Sequence record: MZ502379.1
From: Escherichia phage vB_EcoM_Shinka
Direction: 5' to 3' (one strand)
DNA: 64,000 nt
The translations under genes and the position numbers were made by a program. Under the pieces are notes generated by a model. The model was not told the origin of the DNA. It did no database searches and was given only the letters and a program-made list of their open reading frames with translations. Shown here in pieces: positions 50,166 to 59,204 of this stretch (its first letter is position 1; each line of letters begins with the position of its first letter).

Positions 50166-51068
50166 TTAAGATTTAAGTAAATCAACGATTTTAATTAATT
50201 TTTCACGCTCAGATTTAGCTTTACTACTCAATCCAGATAGTCTGAAAATTTCATCATCATATTGCTGAATAGAAATATTTAGCTCTTCAATCTGCTTATT
50301 AAAATAAGCAATTTGTTCAGAATGTTTTTCATTACTGCGAACTGGTACAGGTTTTGTAGGTAATTTAGATGAACTGGATTCATCCGGGCGATAAATTAAA
50401 ATACAACTTGAACCAATCGGACATTTAGCACCAGATGAATATTCTAATGTTCCAGCTTCTTTTAAAACTTCAAAAGCTAAACAGAGATGATGCCCCATAT
50501 TGACATAATCTGTAGAGTGAGCTCTGATGTAATAATCATCTCCACGAGTACTAAATTTAAAGCATTTAAGGTCTTCTGTATTATTGGTCTTAAAAATCAT
50601 TTGTTTATCTAGACCTTTAGCTAATCGAGCGCCTAATGCTAATAATCGTCGTTGATTTTCCCACAAATCCGCAATCATTTGGTCAAATGATAATTTCGGC
50701 ATTAGTCGACCATAAAGGTCATATCCTTTATTATAATTGCGAAGGATTTCACTCGCATTAATACGAGACAACGCTCCAATTTTATTAAGGGCTTTCATGA
50801 TGCGATTAGATAAACCCATTCCAGATCCGTTTGTTCGTTGCAAATGTTTATCTAATCCAAACCCAATATCAACTTTAAATTTATCTAAAATTTCAGCATG
50901 AACATCTCTGTCAATAACATTCAAATCCAAAGTTGGGTTAAATCTATGAAAAAATTTATCTGGCTCTCCACGACGAAGTACAGTCCATTCATTTAATTTT
51001 TTATTAACTAAAGATTTAATTACTGCATTGACATTATTAATTACTACTGACATATTTTTCTCACTCAA
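50166..51068 (-). CDS. hypothetical protein with C-terminal coiled coil (300 aa)
   Basis: nrdC.x-region ORF. Confidence 0.55.
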   Translation of the reverse strand: MSEKNMSVVINNVNAVIKSLVNKKLNEWTVLRRGEPDKFFHRFNPTLDLNVIDRDVHAEILDKFKVDIGFGLDKHLQRTNGSGMGLSNRIMKALNKIGALSRINASEILRNYNKGYDLYGRLMPKLSFDQMIADLWENQRRLLALGARLAKGLDKQMIFKTNNTEDLKCFKFSTRGDDYYIRAHSTDYVNMGHHLCLAFEVLKEAGTLEYSSGAKCPIGSSCILIYRPDESSSSKLPTKPVPVRSNEKHSEQIAYFNKQIEELNISIQQYDDEIFRLSGLSSKAKSEREKLIKIVDLLKS

Positions 51069-51469
51069 TTTTCAATTTTACTAAATACACAGAATATGAT
51101 GGAAAAGACTATATAAGCACCGCATACAGATTGAACTAATACCATTCCAAAGAACCAAACAATATTATCAAACAATGTCTGTTTTACGTCGAAAGGACGT
51201 AAACTTACAGTAATATTATCGCCTTTTTCTATTGATGAATACATCTCTGGTGAAATATATTCACTAAATCTATAACCGTCTTTGAGTTCATATACGGCAA
51301 TAAACGATAAACTAGACCCCTTTCCTTGAGTTCCTGTAAGGGTATTAACTACAGTAACATCATAATCTTTATAATGCATATAATCATTAATTGCATAATA
51401 ACCATATGCAACTACTACACATAAACAACATATCAATAAATTCAATCTTTTAATTATCAACTGTTTCAT
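51065..51469 (-). CDS. membrane protein (134 aa)
   Basis: N- and C-terminal hydrophobic segments. Confidence 0.55.
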   Translation of the reverse strand: MKQLIIKRLNLLICCLCVVVAYGYYAINDYMHYKDYDVTVVNTLTGTQGKGSSLSFIAVYELKDGYRFSEYISPEMYSSIEKGDNITVSLRPFDVKQTLFDNIVWFFGMVLVQSVCGAYIVFSIIFCVFSKIEN

Positions 51470-51524
51470 AATAATCTCAATTAAAAGGGCTTAGAACCAT
51501 TATACCATCCTTGGTATAAAGCGG

Positions 51525-52052
51525 TTATGCGAGTACCGTCTTTAACCGTTCTTCAAACTTCCGAAGAGTATTTTGGCGTTCAGCTCTTTGCTTTTTGTAA
51601 GTTTCAATACGCTCTGAAATGAGAGTGTATCGTTCATTTACTGATTCTTTCATAAAATCAGGAATTTCACGAGAAGCTTTAATCTCGTCAAATTTATCAA
51701 TAACTGCTTGCTCTTCAGCAATTAAGTTATCATACATCAAAATATCTTTCTTGATGAACTCAATATCTTCTTGAGTTACACGAGATAATTTAGATGCTTT
51801 ATCCTTTTTGTACTGTTCGTTAGTATCACGAGACCAGTGTAATGTACGATTTTTATTCGTATTCTTGTAAATTTCTACAATACCAATCTCATCGATAATA
51901 ACGATCCAATTCCAACGAGATTTGTAAATTTGTCCTCCGTCAACCGTGATTTCACCTCCGATTGAGATGTCATTAAAGAACTTGCTTTGTGCTTCAGATT
52001 TAAATTTACCATCGTTGTAATTTACCAGGTTGAAAATATCTTTAGCGTTCAT
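51525..52052 (-). CDS. hypothetical protein with C-terminal coiled coil (175 aa)
   Basis: ORF with GGAGG SD downstream of the promoter at 52081-52110. Confidence 0.55.
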   Translation of the reverse strand: MNAKDIFNLVNYNDGKFKSEAQSKFFNDISIGGEITVDGGQIYKSRWNWIVIIDEIGIVEIYKNTNKNRTLHWSRDTNEQYKKDKASKLSRVTQEDIEFIKKDILMYDNLIAEEQAVIDKFDEIKASREIPDFMKESVNERYTLISERIETYKKQRAERQNTLRKFEERLKTVLA

Positions 52053-52080
52053 TTTGTGTTCCTCCGTAGTTGATAGTTGT

Positions 52081-52110
52081 ATAGTACCACAGAGGAACAG
52101 TCTTGTAAAC
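52081..52110 (-). promoter_or_regulatory. T4-type early promoter with conserved leader (copy of 26249-26278)
   Basis: Minus strand GTTTAC-aagactgttcctctgtgg-TACTAT followed by ACAACTATCAACTAC. Confidence 0.6.
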
Positions 52111-52112
52111 CA

Positions 52113-52427
52113 CTAAAAGAAACTTCTTTCACAATTTTTTCCACTGAACCATGCGCTTACCGCTTTCTTAGTCTCAGGAGCAGTGTTATCCATAAACCAT
52201 TCAAAGGCAGCCTTTTTATGATTCTGGAGGGCTTCTCGGGCTTTAATCTGCTCACGGTCTATTAACACTAACATATGAGCCTTTCTTGTCACCATGGGCT
52301 TCTTATGATTTTTTGAATACTCCCAATCATTTGTCCAACGCATTGTCGTTGCGAATTGAAATACAGCTTCTTTAATTTTAGTTTCGTAAATTTCACGAGC
52401 CTTTGAGTATAACATCATTACCTCCAT
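52113..52427 (-). CDS. hypothetical protein (104 aa)
   Basis: nrdC.x-region ORF. Confidence 0.5.
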   Translation of the reverse strand: MEVMMLYSKAREIYETKIKEAVFQFATTMRWTNDWEYSKNHKKPMVTRKAHMLVLIDREQIKAREALQNHKKAAFEWFMDNTAPETKKAVSAWFSGKNCERSFF

Positions 52428-52516
52428 TTACCAGTTTAATTCTAGTCATCTTTTTGATGGCAGTCCATATAATCTATTTCTGAACTGCCTTTTTATCTTA
52501 GAAGGCCTCTTATGAA

Positions 52517-52822
52517 TTATTTCAGAAGAGTAACCTCAGCGATTTCTTCCCAACCGTTTTTGTCGGTCATAATAAAGTCAGCAAGATAAAGAGCAGTACG
52601 CAGTGAAACATTGCGTAAACGATTAACATTGACTTTCATCCATGATAATGCTTTATAAGTTTCTTCATCAGAAAGACCGCGTTTTTGCATCATGTCAGTT
52701 GAAAGAATAACATCTTCAACCCTGACCATAATTTCTTCATTAGTGTGAACACCCAAATCCAAATAAACTGAGCGGGACACTAATGCTTGTAAATGTGGAG
52801 CAAGTTTAGTACCACAGCTCAA
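52517..52822 (-). CDS. hypothetical protein (start uncertain)
   Basis: The track start is probably a non-ATG codon inside the promoter-like sequence; an internal Met (MVRVEDV) is a plausible start. Confidence 0.4.
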   Translation of the reverse strand: MSCGTKLAPHLQALVSRSVYLDLGVHTNEEIMVRVEDVILSTDMMQKRGLSDEETYKALSWMKVNVNRLRNVSLRTALYLADFIMTDKNGWEEIAEVTLLK

Positions 52823-52835
52823 ACGGAAAGTAAAC
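52806..52835 (-). promoter_or_regulatory. possible early promoter (weak -10)
   Basis: Minus strand GTTTAC, 18 nt, TACTAA. Confidence 0.3.
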
Positions 52836-52850
52836 CGGTAAAATGAAAAA

Positions 52851-52868
52851 AGTCTCCCGAAGGAGACT
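52851..52868 (-). terminator. rho-independent terminator (UUCG tetraloop)
   Basis: agtctcc-cgaa-ggagact with U-tract on the mRNA strand. Confidence 0.7.
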
Positions 52869-52872
52869 AATG

Positions 52873-53259
52873 TTATTCGAGGGAAAGAAGATACTTACTC
52901 TGGTAAAACATTCCAGTAATATCATCTATCGTGCTTTGGATGGCTGGAGGCATTTCTTTATAAATGCTGTTAGATTGGTCTAGTATGCGATCAATCATTT
53001 TAATTGTGTCGGTAGGAAGTTTACTGGCATCTGGAATTGAAGGTGTGTATTTTCTACCAGAATACCCCAAATATTGCTCACCAAATTTATCAATCAAATC
53101 TGGCAACTCGGAGAAAATAAAATCGTATGCTTTGTGTCTAGCATAACTTTTAGTTTCAAAATGTGCAGAATGAAAATAAGCTTGTGCAGCCATTAATAAA
53201 CCTAAGTATTCATCTGCCTTTGAAGGTTTTCCACTTTGTGAAAAGTCGCTGAATTTCAT
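52873..53259 (-). CDS. hypothetical protein (128 aa)
   Basis: ORF immediately upstream of rI. Confidence 0.5.
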   Translation of the reverse strand: MKFSDFSQSGKPSKADEYLGLLMAAQAYFHSAHFETKSYARHKAYDFIFSELPDLIDKFGEQYLGYSGRKYTPSIPDASKLPTDTIKMIDRILDQSNSIYKEMPPAIQSTIDDITGMFYQSKYLLSLE

Positions 53260-53549
53260 TCAGTCTCCAATTTAATGTTCATAATTCTAGCGTATGATTG
53301 TGCCATCTCCGCGCCTCGCTCTATACATTCAAAATCAGAAGAGCACGGGTCATTTTTATAGGTCGTTCTCATAAAACTATAGAATTGTTCAGACGATTCT
53401 ACGCTTTTATTTTCAAAAAGCATATAAACGTGCCTAATACCAGATTCCATAAATTTATCAAAATGAGGATCGACATTCGCTTCAATCGATGGAGATAAAA
53501 CAAATGACAATCCTAGCATGGCAAATAGTGCCGTTGCTTTTAAGGCCAT
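53256..53549 (-). CDS. rI: lysis inhibition regulator RI (97 aa)
   Basis: N-terminal signal-anchor MALKATALFAMLGLSFVLSPSIEA; 97 aa as T4 RI. Confidence 0.88.
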   Translation of the reverse strand: MALKATALFAMLGLSFVLSPSIEANVDPHFDKFMESGIRHVYMLFENKSVESSEQFYSFMRTTYKNDPCSSDFECIERGAEMAQSYARIMNIKLETE

Positions 53550-53561
53550 AAAGGCCTCCTA

Positions 53562-53774
53562 TCATTTTTGTCCTGTATTTACTTTATGCCGATGCACGGC
53601 CTTAACTTTATCAAGGTATTTTTCAAAATTTCGCAATCTAGTATAGTCTGCCGGAGATTGGTTGAGTGATACCTCTCGACGCAAAGCTGAAATAACATTT
53701 CCAACTTCCCTACGAATTTCATCTAATTGAAGAACAGTAAGATTGCGAAGTTGCTTTTCAGTTAATTGTAGCAT
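53562..53774 (-). CDS. hypothetical protein (70 aa)
   Basis: ORF between tk and rI. Confidence 0.5.
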   Translation of the reverse strand: MLQLTEKQLRNLTVLQLDEIRREVGNVISALRREVSLNQSPADYTRLRNFEKYLDKVKAVHRHKVNTGQK

Positions 53775-53799
53775 ATATACCCCTTTAGTTAGATAAACC

Positions 53800-53807
53800 T
53801 ATTTATA
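53800..53807 (-). promoter_or_regulatory. candidate late promoter TATAAATA
   Basis: Plus strand tatttata about 25 nt upstream of the ATG at 53774, with AAAGGGG SD. Confidence 0.4.
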
Positions 53808-53816
53808 ACTTTTGCA

Positions 53817-54398
53817 CTAACCGAGCTTTTTAGTTAATTCATTCCAATGTTTTCTACACAAAGAAACATAAATTTCATCACCAATACAGATTTGATTACC
53901 TTCTTTAACTGGTGTTCCATCTTCCATTAATCGAGCTGTCATAATCGCTTTTTTGCCGCAATGACAAACTGCCTTTAGTTCAATAAGTTTATCTGCAATC
54001 GCTAAAAGTTCTTTAGAACCTTCAAACAATTTTCCAGCGAAATCAGTCCTTAATCCATAAGCCATAACAGGAACATTATATGTATCAACAATTCGACTTA
54101 ATTGATGCACTTGTTCAGTTTTTAAAAACTGAGCTTCATCTACAAATACGCAATGAATATCTTTTTGTGCTTCAGCCCATTTATAGAACTCGAAAATATC
54201 CATATCATCTGTAATAATATTCGCTTCCTGTTTAATTCCAATGCGAGAAACAACTTCACAGACAGAATCGCGAGTATCAATAGCAGGCTTAAGAACTAAT
54301 ACACTCATTCCACGTTCTTTATAATTATGTGCAGCAGTCAAAAGAGAAGCAGATTTTCCAGCATTCATTGCTGCATAAGTAAAAATTAAACTCGCCAT
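53817..54398 (-). CDS. tk: thymidine kinase (193 aa)
   Basis: P-loop NAGKS, C-terminal zinc ribbon; 193 aa as T4 Tk. Confidence 0.95.
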   Translation of the reverse strand: MASLIFTYAAMNAGKSASLLTAAHNYKERGMSVLVLKPAIDTRDSVCEVVSRIGIKQEANIITDDMDIFEFYKWAEAQKDIHCVFVDEAQFLKTEQVHQLSRIVDTYNVPVMAYGLRTDFAGKLFEGSKELLAIADKLIELKAVCHCGKKAIMTARLMEDGTPVKEGNQICIGDEIYVSLCRKHWNELTKKLG

Positions 54399-54407
54399 AT
54401 CACCTTC

Positions 54408-54593
54408 TTAAAGCGTATTCACATAAGCTATTAATTCATTTTCTTTCTTATCAAACCGATCAGCAAATTCTTCCTGCTGTTCGGGAGATAGCGGGCCGTA
54501 TTCATCATAAAAGGTGTTTGCTTCTATATGCTCATCTAGAAGTTCATGGATAAGCTCAAACAATTTATCTTTTTGTTCTTTACTCAGACTCAT
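54408..54593 (-). CDS. acidic hypothetical protein (61 aa)
   Basis: tk.x-region ORF. Confidence 0.5.
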   Translation of the reverse strand: MSLSKEQKDKLFELIHELLDEHIEANTFYDEYGPLSPEQQEEFADRFDKKENELIAYVNTL

Positions 54594-54763
54594 ATATTAA
54601 TTTCCAGGAGTTTTAAAATAATTCGCTTTTGCTTAAATATTTCCATAGTTAAATGACCAGTATCTTTTTGACCGATTCCAATGGCAAAACCTTTATTAAC
54701 AGCGAGTTCAATTAAATTATCAAGCTCACGTAACACTTCGTATTGTAACTCAAAACTATTCAT
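54590..54763 (-). CDS. small hypothetical protein (57 aa)
   Basis: Hand translation MNSFELQYEVLRELDNLIELAVNKGFAIGIGQKDTGHLTMEIFKQKRIILKLLEINI; ATGA overlap with the downstream ORF. Confidence 0.4.
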   Translation of the reverse strand: MNSFELQYEVLRELDNLIELAVNKGFAIGIGQKDTGHLTMEIFKQKRIILKLLEINI

Positions 54764-54969
54764 TTTGGTTTACCTTCTTTAACGAAATCAGGATAAGGAT
54801 AAAATCCTGAATAAAATCCTTCACCTTTATGATTGATGCATCCTTTATTAGAACAATAGCACCAATAATCGAAATCACAAGCCATTTCATCATTACATAA
54901 AGCAAAAACAACAGGCCATTTACACTTTTCACAATGGGCATTTTTAAGAATACTAGTTTGGCTCATAAC
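54760..54969 (-). CDS. Cys-rich small protein (about 69 aa from MVMSQTS)
   Basis: HCEKCKW...CNDEMACDFDYWCYCSNKGCINH; preferred over the overlapping alternative-frame ORF 54756-54941. Confidence 0.45.
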   Translation of the reverse strand, partial: VMSQTSILKNAHCEKCKWPVVFALCNDEMACDFDYWCYCSNKGCINHKGEGFYSGFYPYPDFVKEGKPK

Positions 54970-55175
54970 CATGTAACCTTTAAGCAATATTCTTCTACAT
55001 GTTGTTTACGACCTTTCTTATCAATAAAGGTATATTCAACGAATGTTCCAATGTAGTCTTTATCTACATCATGTGGACTATTAATTGGACATTTAGTACG
55101 GCAAATGCGTTCCCATTGACGAATAATTTCCACTTTGTTTTTAGGATCAAACGGATGTGGGTAATGTACTTTCAT
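54963..55175 (-). CDS. hypothetical protein (70 aa)
   Basis: tk.x-region ORF. Confidence 0.5.
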   Translation of the reverse strand: MKVHYPHPFDPKNKVEIIRQWERICRTKCPINSPHDVDKDYIGTFVEYTFIDKKGRKQHVEEYCLKVTWL

Positions 55176-55626
55176 AATCCACCACTATTAAATCAATATC
55201 AGGAGTAAACATGTCGATTAATTTAGAAACCTTATCCCAATCGCCGCCAGCAATACCACAACCTATGCGTGGAATGTAAATTACTGGTTTAAACAAAAGG
55301 GTTTCTGCCTGTAGATTTAATTCTATCATGCAGTTTACTAAAGCACCATAATCAAGATTAGGACCTGGTTCGTATTGCGTATACAGGTTATAGCATATAC
55401 CAAAACCATTAGGTTTATGTTTAAAAACAATAGACATATCGCCTAATTTATCACGAGAACCGTACTCAGTAGTGGTTTTATCTATTTCTAAAATTTTGGG
55501 ATAGGCTCTTGCTAATTGACCAGCTACACCTGAACCCATAGTATGAAAACAATTGCACCCGTGCGCAATAATATTACCTTGAAGAAATAGGGCGACAATA
55601 TCGCCCTTGATATATTTTACAATCAT
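55147..55626 (-). CDS. macro domain protein (159 aa)
   Basis: Macro-domain-like Gly-rich motifs (HGCNCFHTMGSGVAG, GCGIAGGDW). Confidence 0.7.
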   Translation of the reverse strand: MIVKYIKGDIVALFLQGNIIAHGCNCFHTMGSGVAGQLARAYPKILEIDKTTTEYGSRDKLGDMSIVFKHKPNGFGICYNLYTQYEPGPNLDYGALVNCMIELNLQAETLLFKPVIYIPRIGCGIAGGDWDKVSKLIDMFTPDIDLIVVDYESTLPTSV

Positions 55627-55967
55627 CTAGTACTCAATCCTCGATTATAAGAATCTACCAAACGGTCAACCATTGAATGACAAGCGGCTTTATCTTTCTC
55701 CTCCGCAACTGAACATTCTAAGGTATTCCACTTTTTAGCATATCGTTTTAACAATGTATCATTTTTGTATCTGCTTGATTTATCTCTTTCTCCGTCTTTA
55801 TATGCATATATTAATTTCTGCGCAAATTCAGCTTGACATGCTTTATTTTTCCCGCAATAATCCGCTGCAGTACGGTTTACATATTCTCTAATTTCAGTAT
55901 ATGATGATGTATCTGCTAACGCAGAAAATGAAATTAATCCTATACATAAAACCAAAATTTTAGTCAT
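55623..55967 (-). CDS. vs: secreted protein at the vs position (114 aa)
   Basis: Signal peptide MTKILVLCIGLISFSALA; position upstream of regB; identity with Vs not verified. Confidence 0.55.
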   Translation of the reverse strand: MTKILVLCIGLISFSALADTSSYTEIREYVNRTAADYCGKNKACQAEFAQKLIYAYKDGERDKSSRYKNDTLLKRYAKKWNTLECSVAEEKDKAACHSMVDRLVDSYNRGLSTR

Positions 55968-56505
55968 TTACTATTTCCAAAAGTTTATTATTTTTAAGGT
56001 AATTAGCCTTTTCTAGGACTTCAGAAGCATATTTAGAACCTGCTTTAACATTCCATCCCGAATTATAAGAGGATATTGCTTTTCTTATATCGCCCTTATG
56101 TATATTTAACCAATAAGAAAGTTCAATGTACGCCCAGGAAGCTGAATTGGACCGTTTATTCAACATTCTTTTTATTTCAGCATCGGTCATATTATAACCA
56201 AGTTCCTTAACTCTTGCTCGCATAGTAGGCAAATAATTTTGGAACATTCCGTAGGCGTGATGCTTTGCTTTAGATTTTAAATTAACTCCGCCAGAGCTTT
56301 CTTGCCATAAAATAGCAGCCATTATATGACCCAATCCGCTCTTGTGGATATTTTTGTGTGTTTTATATTTTCCATCCTTAGAAAATTGTTCCCCGAATTG
56401 ATACGCGTAACGCATGTTATCGAGTTGGACATTACTGAAAGTATGCTCGGAGCTATGTGCCATCATTGAAATGGCCAATAGACCAGCGAGTAGTGCTTTT
56501 CTCAT
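55960..56505 (-). CDS. secreted SLT-domain lytic transglycosylase-like protein (181 aa)
   Basis: Signal peptide; ILWQESSGG (catalytic E-S), GMFQ and SYNSG motifs. Confidence 0.65.
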   Translation of the reverse strand: MRKALLAGLLAISMMAHSSEHTFSNVQLDNMRYAYQFGEQFSKDGKYKTHKNIHKSGLGHIMAAILWQESSGGVNLKSKAKHHAYGMFQNYLPTMRARVKELGYNMTDAEIKRMLNKRSNSASWAYIELSYWLNIHKGDIRKAISSYNSGWNVKAGSKYASEVLEKANYLKNNKLLEIVND

Positions 56506-56512
56506 GCTTACC

Positions 56513-56974
56513 TCATTGAGTTTTAATTACTGCTTTAGAAGCCTTTCCTGGTAAACGACGACTGTTGATAATTGCCATCCTGCATTGAAGTGACGGGTCT
56601 TTGAACTTCTCATTAGGCTTACAAACCGTAAATCCAAGCCAAAGATTTCCATCTGTGATTTCTAAACGTCCAGGACGATATTCAACCCCATCAATAAAAT
56701 CCTCGTCAATGTCAGGACGCGGAGGCATACTCAGGAATTCATTAACTTCTAAAACATGGTCTTTTATTTTATGGAATAATTCAAAAACATATGTCTCATC
56801 AATCTCCCGTTGAATTGCACGATCAAGAAGATGTTGAGAATATTTTAGATGAAACGATGAGACTCCTGCTGCTTTTGATGCCTCACGAATCTCATTGTTA
56901 ATTTGACGAAACTCCGACTCAAAGTGACGACGAAGCTTATTTCGACGGATAAAAACTTCTGTATTGATAGTCAT
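56513..56974 (-). CDS. regB: RegB endoribonuclease (153 aa)
   Basis: 153 aa; sequence consistent with T4 RegB; early promoter immediately upstream. Confidence 0.9.
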   Translation of the reverse strand: MTINTEVFIRRNKLRRHFESEFRQINNEIREASKAAGVSSFHLKYSQHLLDRAIQREIDETYVFELFHKIKDHVLEVNEFLSMPPRPDIDEDFIDGVEYRPGRLEITDGNLWLGFTVCKPNEKFKDPSLQCRMAIINSRRLPGKASKAVIKTQ

Positions 56975-57001
56975 GTTGTTCTCCTCTTAACTGATAGAAA
57001 A

Positions 57002-57031
57002 ATTATACCACAGTCAAGAGGAAAAGTAAAC
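57002..57031 (-). promoter_or_regulatory. T4-type early promoter for regB
   Basis: Minus strand GTTTAC-ttttcctcttgactgtgg-TATAAT. Confidence 0.7.
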
Positions 57032-57033
57032 AG

Positions 57034-57354
57034 TTATTCTTTAAATCTAATCAATTTATTCATAGACTTTGAAACTTCTGCACGAACCTCATGTAAGTTT
57101 TTAAGCTGTTCAAGACGCTGCTCATAGTAAGCAATTTCATCTTCTTCGAGACAGTCCTGTGAATCTTCTTTAAGATAGCGTGCATAGTCCTGGAAAGCTT
57201 TACGGACTACTTCCTGGAAGTCATCAAGACTTTGAATTTTCTTAGGAGCGGCAGATACACGACGAGGGGCAGTATAATACTCATAACCAAACCCTGCACT
57301 TAATTGAGCCATTAGTATTTTTCCTCTGGTTGGAACACAGCACGGCAAGCCCAC
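57034..57354 (-). CDS. hypothetical protein (106 aa)
   Basis: ORF upstream of regB. Confidence 0.5.
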   Translation of the reverse strand: MGLPCCVPTRGKILMAQLSAGFGYEYYTAPRRVSAAPKKIQSLDDFQEVVRKAFQDYARYLKEDSQDCLEEDEIAYYEQRLEQLKNLHEVRAEVSKSMNKLIRFKE

Positions 57355-57614
57355 ATACTTGCTTCTTTGAGTTTCGTTTTAGCAATAGTTAACTGATCGA
57401 GGCTTTCGGCGTAATTCTTCGCGAGTTCATCATCTTCACAGCTATCAAATGCTTCCCAGAATTCATCGTATAAAGCGTCAAAGATAAGTCCTAAACGAAC
57501 TTCAGCGTCTTTGATAGCATTCACTTTACCGATTTTCTCTTCAGTATGCGGCTTATAACCTTTAATGTCTTCAATCATATTTGACTTCCTCACCAGTACA
57601 TAAATCGTATTCAA
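57312..57614 (-). CDS. hypothetical protein (100 aa)
   Basis: ORF upstream of regB. Confidence 0.5.
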   Translation of the reverse strand: MNTIYVLVRKSNMIEDIKGYKPHTEEKIGKVNAIKDAEVRLGLIFDALYDEFWEAFDSCEDDELAKNYAESLDQLTIAKTKLKEASMWACRAVFQPEEKY

Positions 57615-57792
57615 CTAAACGAATAGGTTCATGAATGCCATATCCCTGAACAGAAATTTCTGTAGTAGGATAAATTCCATCAATATCACCCATATTCCAC
57701 GCTTCGTTAAATTGCTGTTCGCCTGAATTACTAAACCACTCGGCGAAAGCATTTAGCACATCTTTAGAACCTTCAATAATTATCTTTGCCAT
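57571..57792 (-). CDS. hypothetical protein (73 aa)
   Basis: ORF upstream of regB. Confidence 0.45.
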   Translation of the reverse strand: MAKIIIEGSKDVLNAFAEWFSNSGEQQFNEAWNMGDIDGIYPTTEISVQGYGIHEPIRLVEYDLCTGEEVKYD

Positions 57793-58154
57793 TATAAGCT
57801 CTCAGTAAAGGTACGAGCAATAACGTCGCGCTGCTGTTCCGGAGTCAGAGAGTTAAAGCGAACTGCATAACCGGATACACGGATGGTCAGCTGCGGATAT
57901 TTTTCCGGATGCTTAACTGCATCTTCCAGAGTTTCACGACGCAGAACGTTAACGTTTAGGTGTTGACCACCTTCAATTTTAACTGTAGGCTGTGGCTCAA
58001 TTTCAATTTCACGAGCATGCAAACCGTAGAAAATTTCTGGGTCTACAAAAGAGTCCTCTTTAAAGGTTTTAGAGACAATAATTCGTGCTTGAATACCATC
58101 TTCAAAATAAATAGTACCTTTATGTGTGCCTTCAAGAATTTGATATGCTTTCAT
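57792..58154 (-). CDS. autonomous glycyl radical cofactor, GrcA/YfiD-like (120 aa)
   Basis: C-terminal [60 protein letters not shown] is the glycyl-radical module as in E. coli GrcA; its DNA is visibly more GC-rich. Confidence 0.85.
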   Translation of the reverse strand: MKAYQILEGTHKGTIYFEDGIQARIIVSKTFKEDSFVDPEIFYGLHAREIEIEPQPTVKIEGGQHLNVNVLRRETLEDAVKHPEKYPQLTIRVSGYAVRFNSLTPEQQRDVIARTFTESL

Positions 58155-58161
58155 ATAAACC

Positions 58162-58488
58162 TCAATTAGAAAATAAATTTATCCAAGATTGTTCTTTAAT
58201 TAAAAATGGCTCAGAATCATATGCCATTAAACTTTGGGTGATTAGTCCTTTAAAAGGTCCATCAATAAATTCCATGGTAAAATATGGAATTTTATTCATT
58301 AACTGTGCGTTAGGAGCAGTGCACAAAACTCTGCATCCTTTGAATACACCTTTTTGTAATTTGTATTGCTTGGGATAAAATTCGCTTAAAATGTTGTTAT
58401 TTGCCAAAATTTCAAAATGATTTACCAATTTATTTTTAATAGTTTTTGGCGAAAAATAGAGATATTCGAAAAGCTGTGTGTCTGTCAT
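58162..58488 (-). CDS. hypothetical protein (about 108 aa from MTDTQLF)
   Basis: Start corrected to the ATG that overlaps the upstream stop (ATGA). Confidence 0.45.
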   Translation of the reverse strand: MTDTQLFEYLYFSPKTIKNKLVNHFEILANNNILSEFYPKQYKLQKGVFKGCRVLCTAPNAQLMNKIPYFTMEFIDGPFKGLITQSLMAYDSEPFLIKEQSWINLFSN

Positions 58489-59075
58489 TATTGCATTCCG
58501 ATTACGAAAAACTGTGGACGAGTAATACCACCAATGCAACATTTACTATTACAGCAGTAGTGTACAGTGTCAATATGGACGCTATAAATCTTATCCATAT
58601 CAGGAGATTTGACAGGCTCATCAATTATATACAAAATTCGCGAAAGCGATAAACCTCTGAACTTGCTTCCTTTATTACCAATAAAACTGCGCACAGAATC
58701 AGTAAATAAACGAAAACGTATATCATCATTAGAATAACGCGAAAATTCCTTTTTAATGTTATTTGCAGAAATTTTAGCGTAAGCTGAAGTATTAGAAAGA
58801 ACAATAACTGTTCCGCCATCATACAGCCAATTAGCAGCAAAGTTAGTCACAGCAATTGATTTACCGGATTGACGTCCACCATCTATACGAAGTGTGCAAT
58901 ACTGTTTAAGTAAGTCTTCAAATGGTGGGATATAATCGTTTTTACAAATTTCTTCTACTCTAGCATCAGAATGGTGTGTAAAAGCATTCATCAGGGATAG
59001 ATAAGGACCAGTTAAAAATGTTCTCATTTTATTCTCTCTAAATTTGGGCCATTCCGTGGCGCATGAATTGTCCAT
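58488..59075 (-). CDS. small P-loop NTPase-like protein (195 aa; start may be MRTF at 59027)
   Basis: Walker A-like DGGRQSGKS and Walker B-like ILYIIDE. Confidence 0.5.
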   Translation of the reverse strand: MDNSCATEWPKFRENKMRTFLTGPYLSLMNAFTHHSDARVEEICKNDYIPPFEDLLKQYCTLRIDGGRQSGKSIAVTNFAANWLYDGGTVIVLSNTSAYAKISANNIKKEFSRYSNDDIRFRLFTDSVRSFIGNKGSKFRGLSLSRILYIIDEPVKSPDMDKIYSVHIDTVHYCCNSKCCIGGITRPQFFVIGMQ

Positions 59076-59204
59076 TTCTGTATTTACCCATTACCGCACT
59101 CAGGCTCGACCTTATTACAGGTTGGCGGGAATCCCTCATAGAATCATGAGGTCCAGGTTGTTCCCATATTATTTGAATGTAAATAGGTCTGAGTATTCGC
59201 TTTA

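Noticed and set aside
59076-59204. Possible tRNA or group I intron remnant in the GC-rich island
   Set aside because: No T-loop (GTTCRANYC) or cloverleaf could be drawn, and no intron core elements were recognised by eye; kept only as an unexplained structured region.
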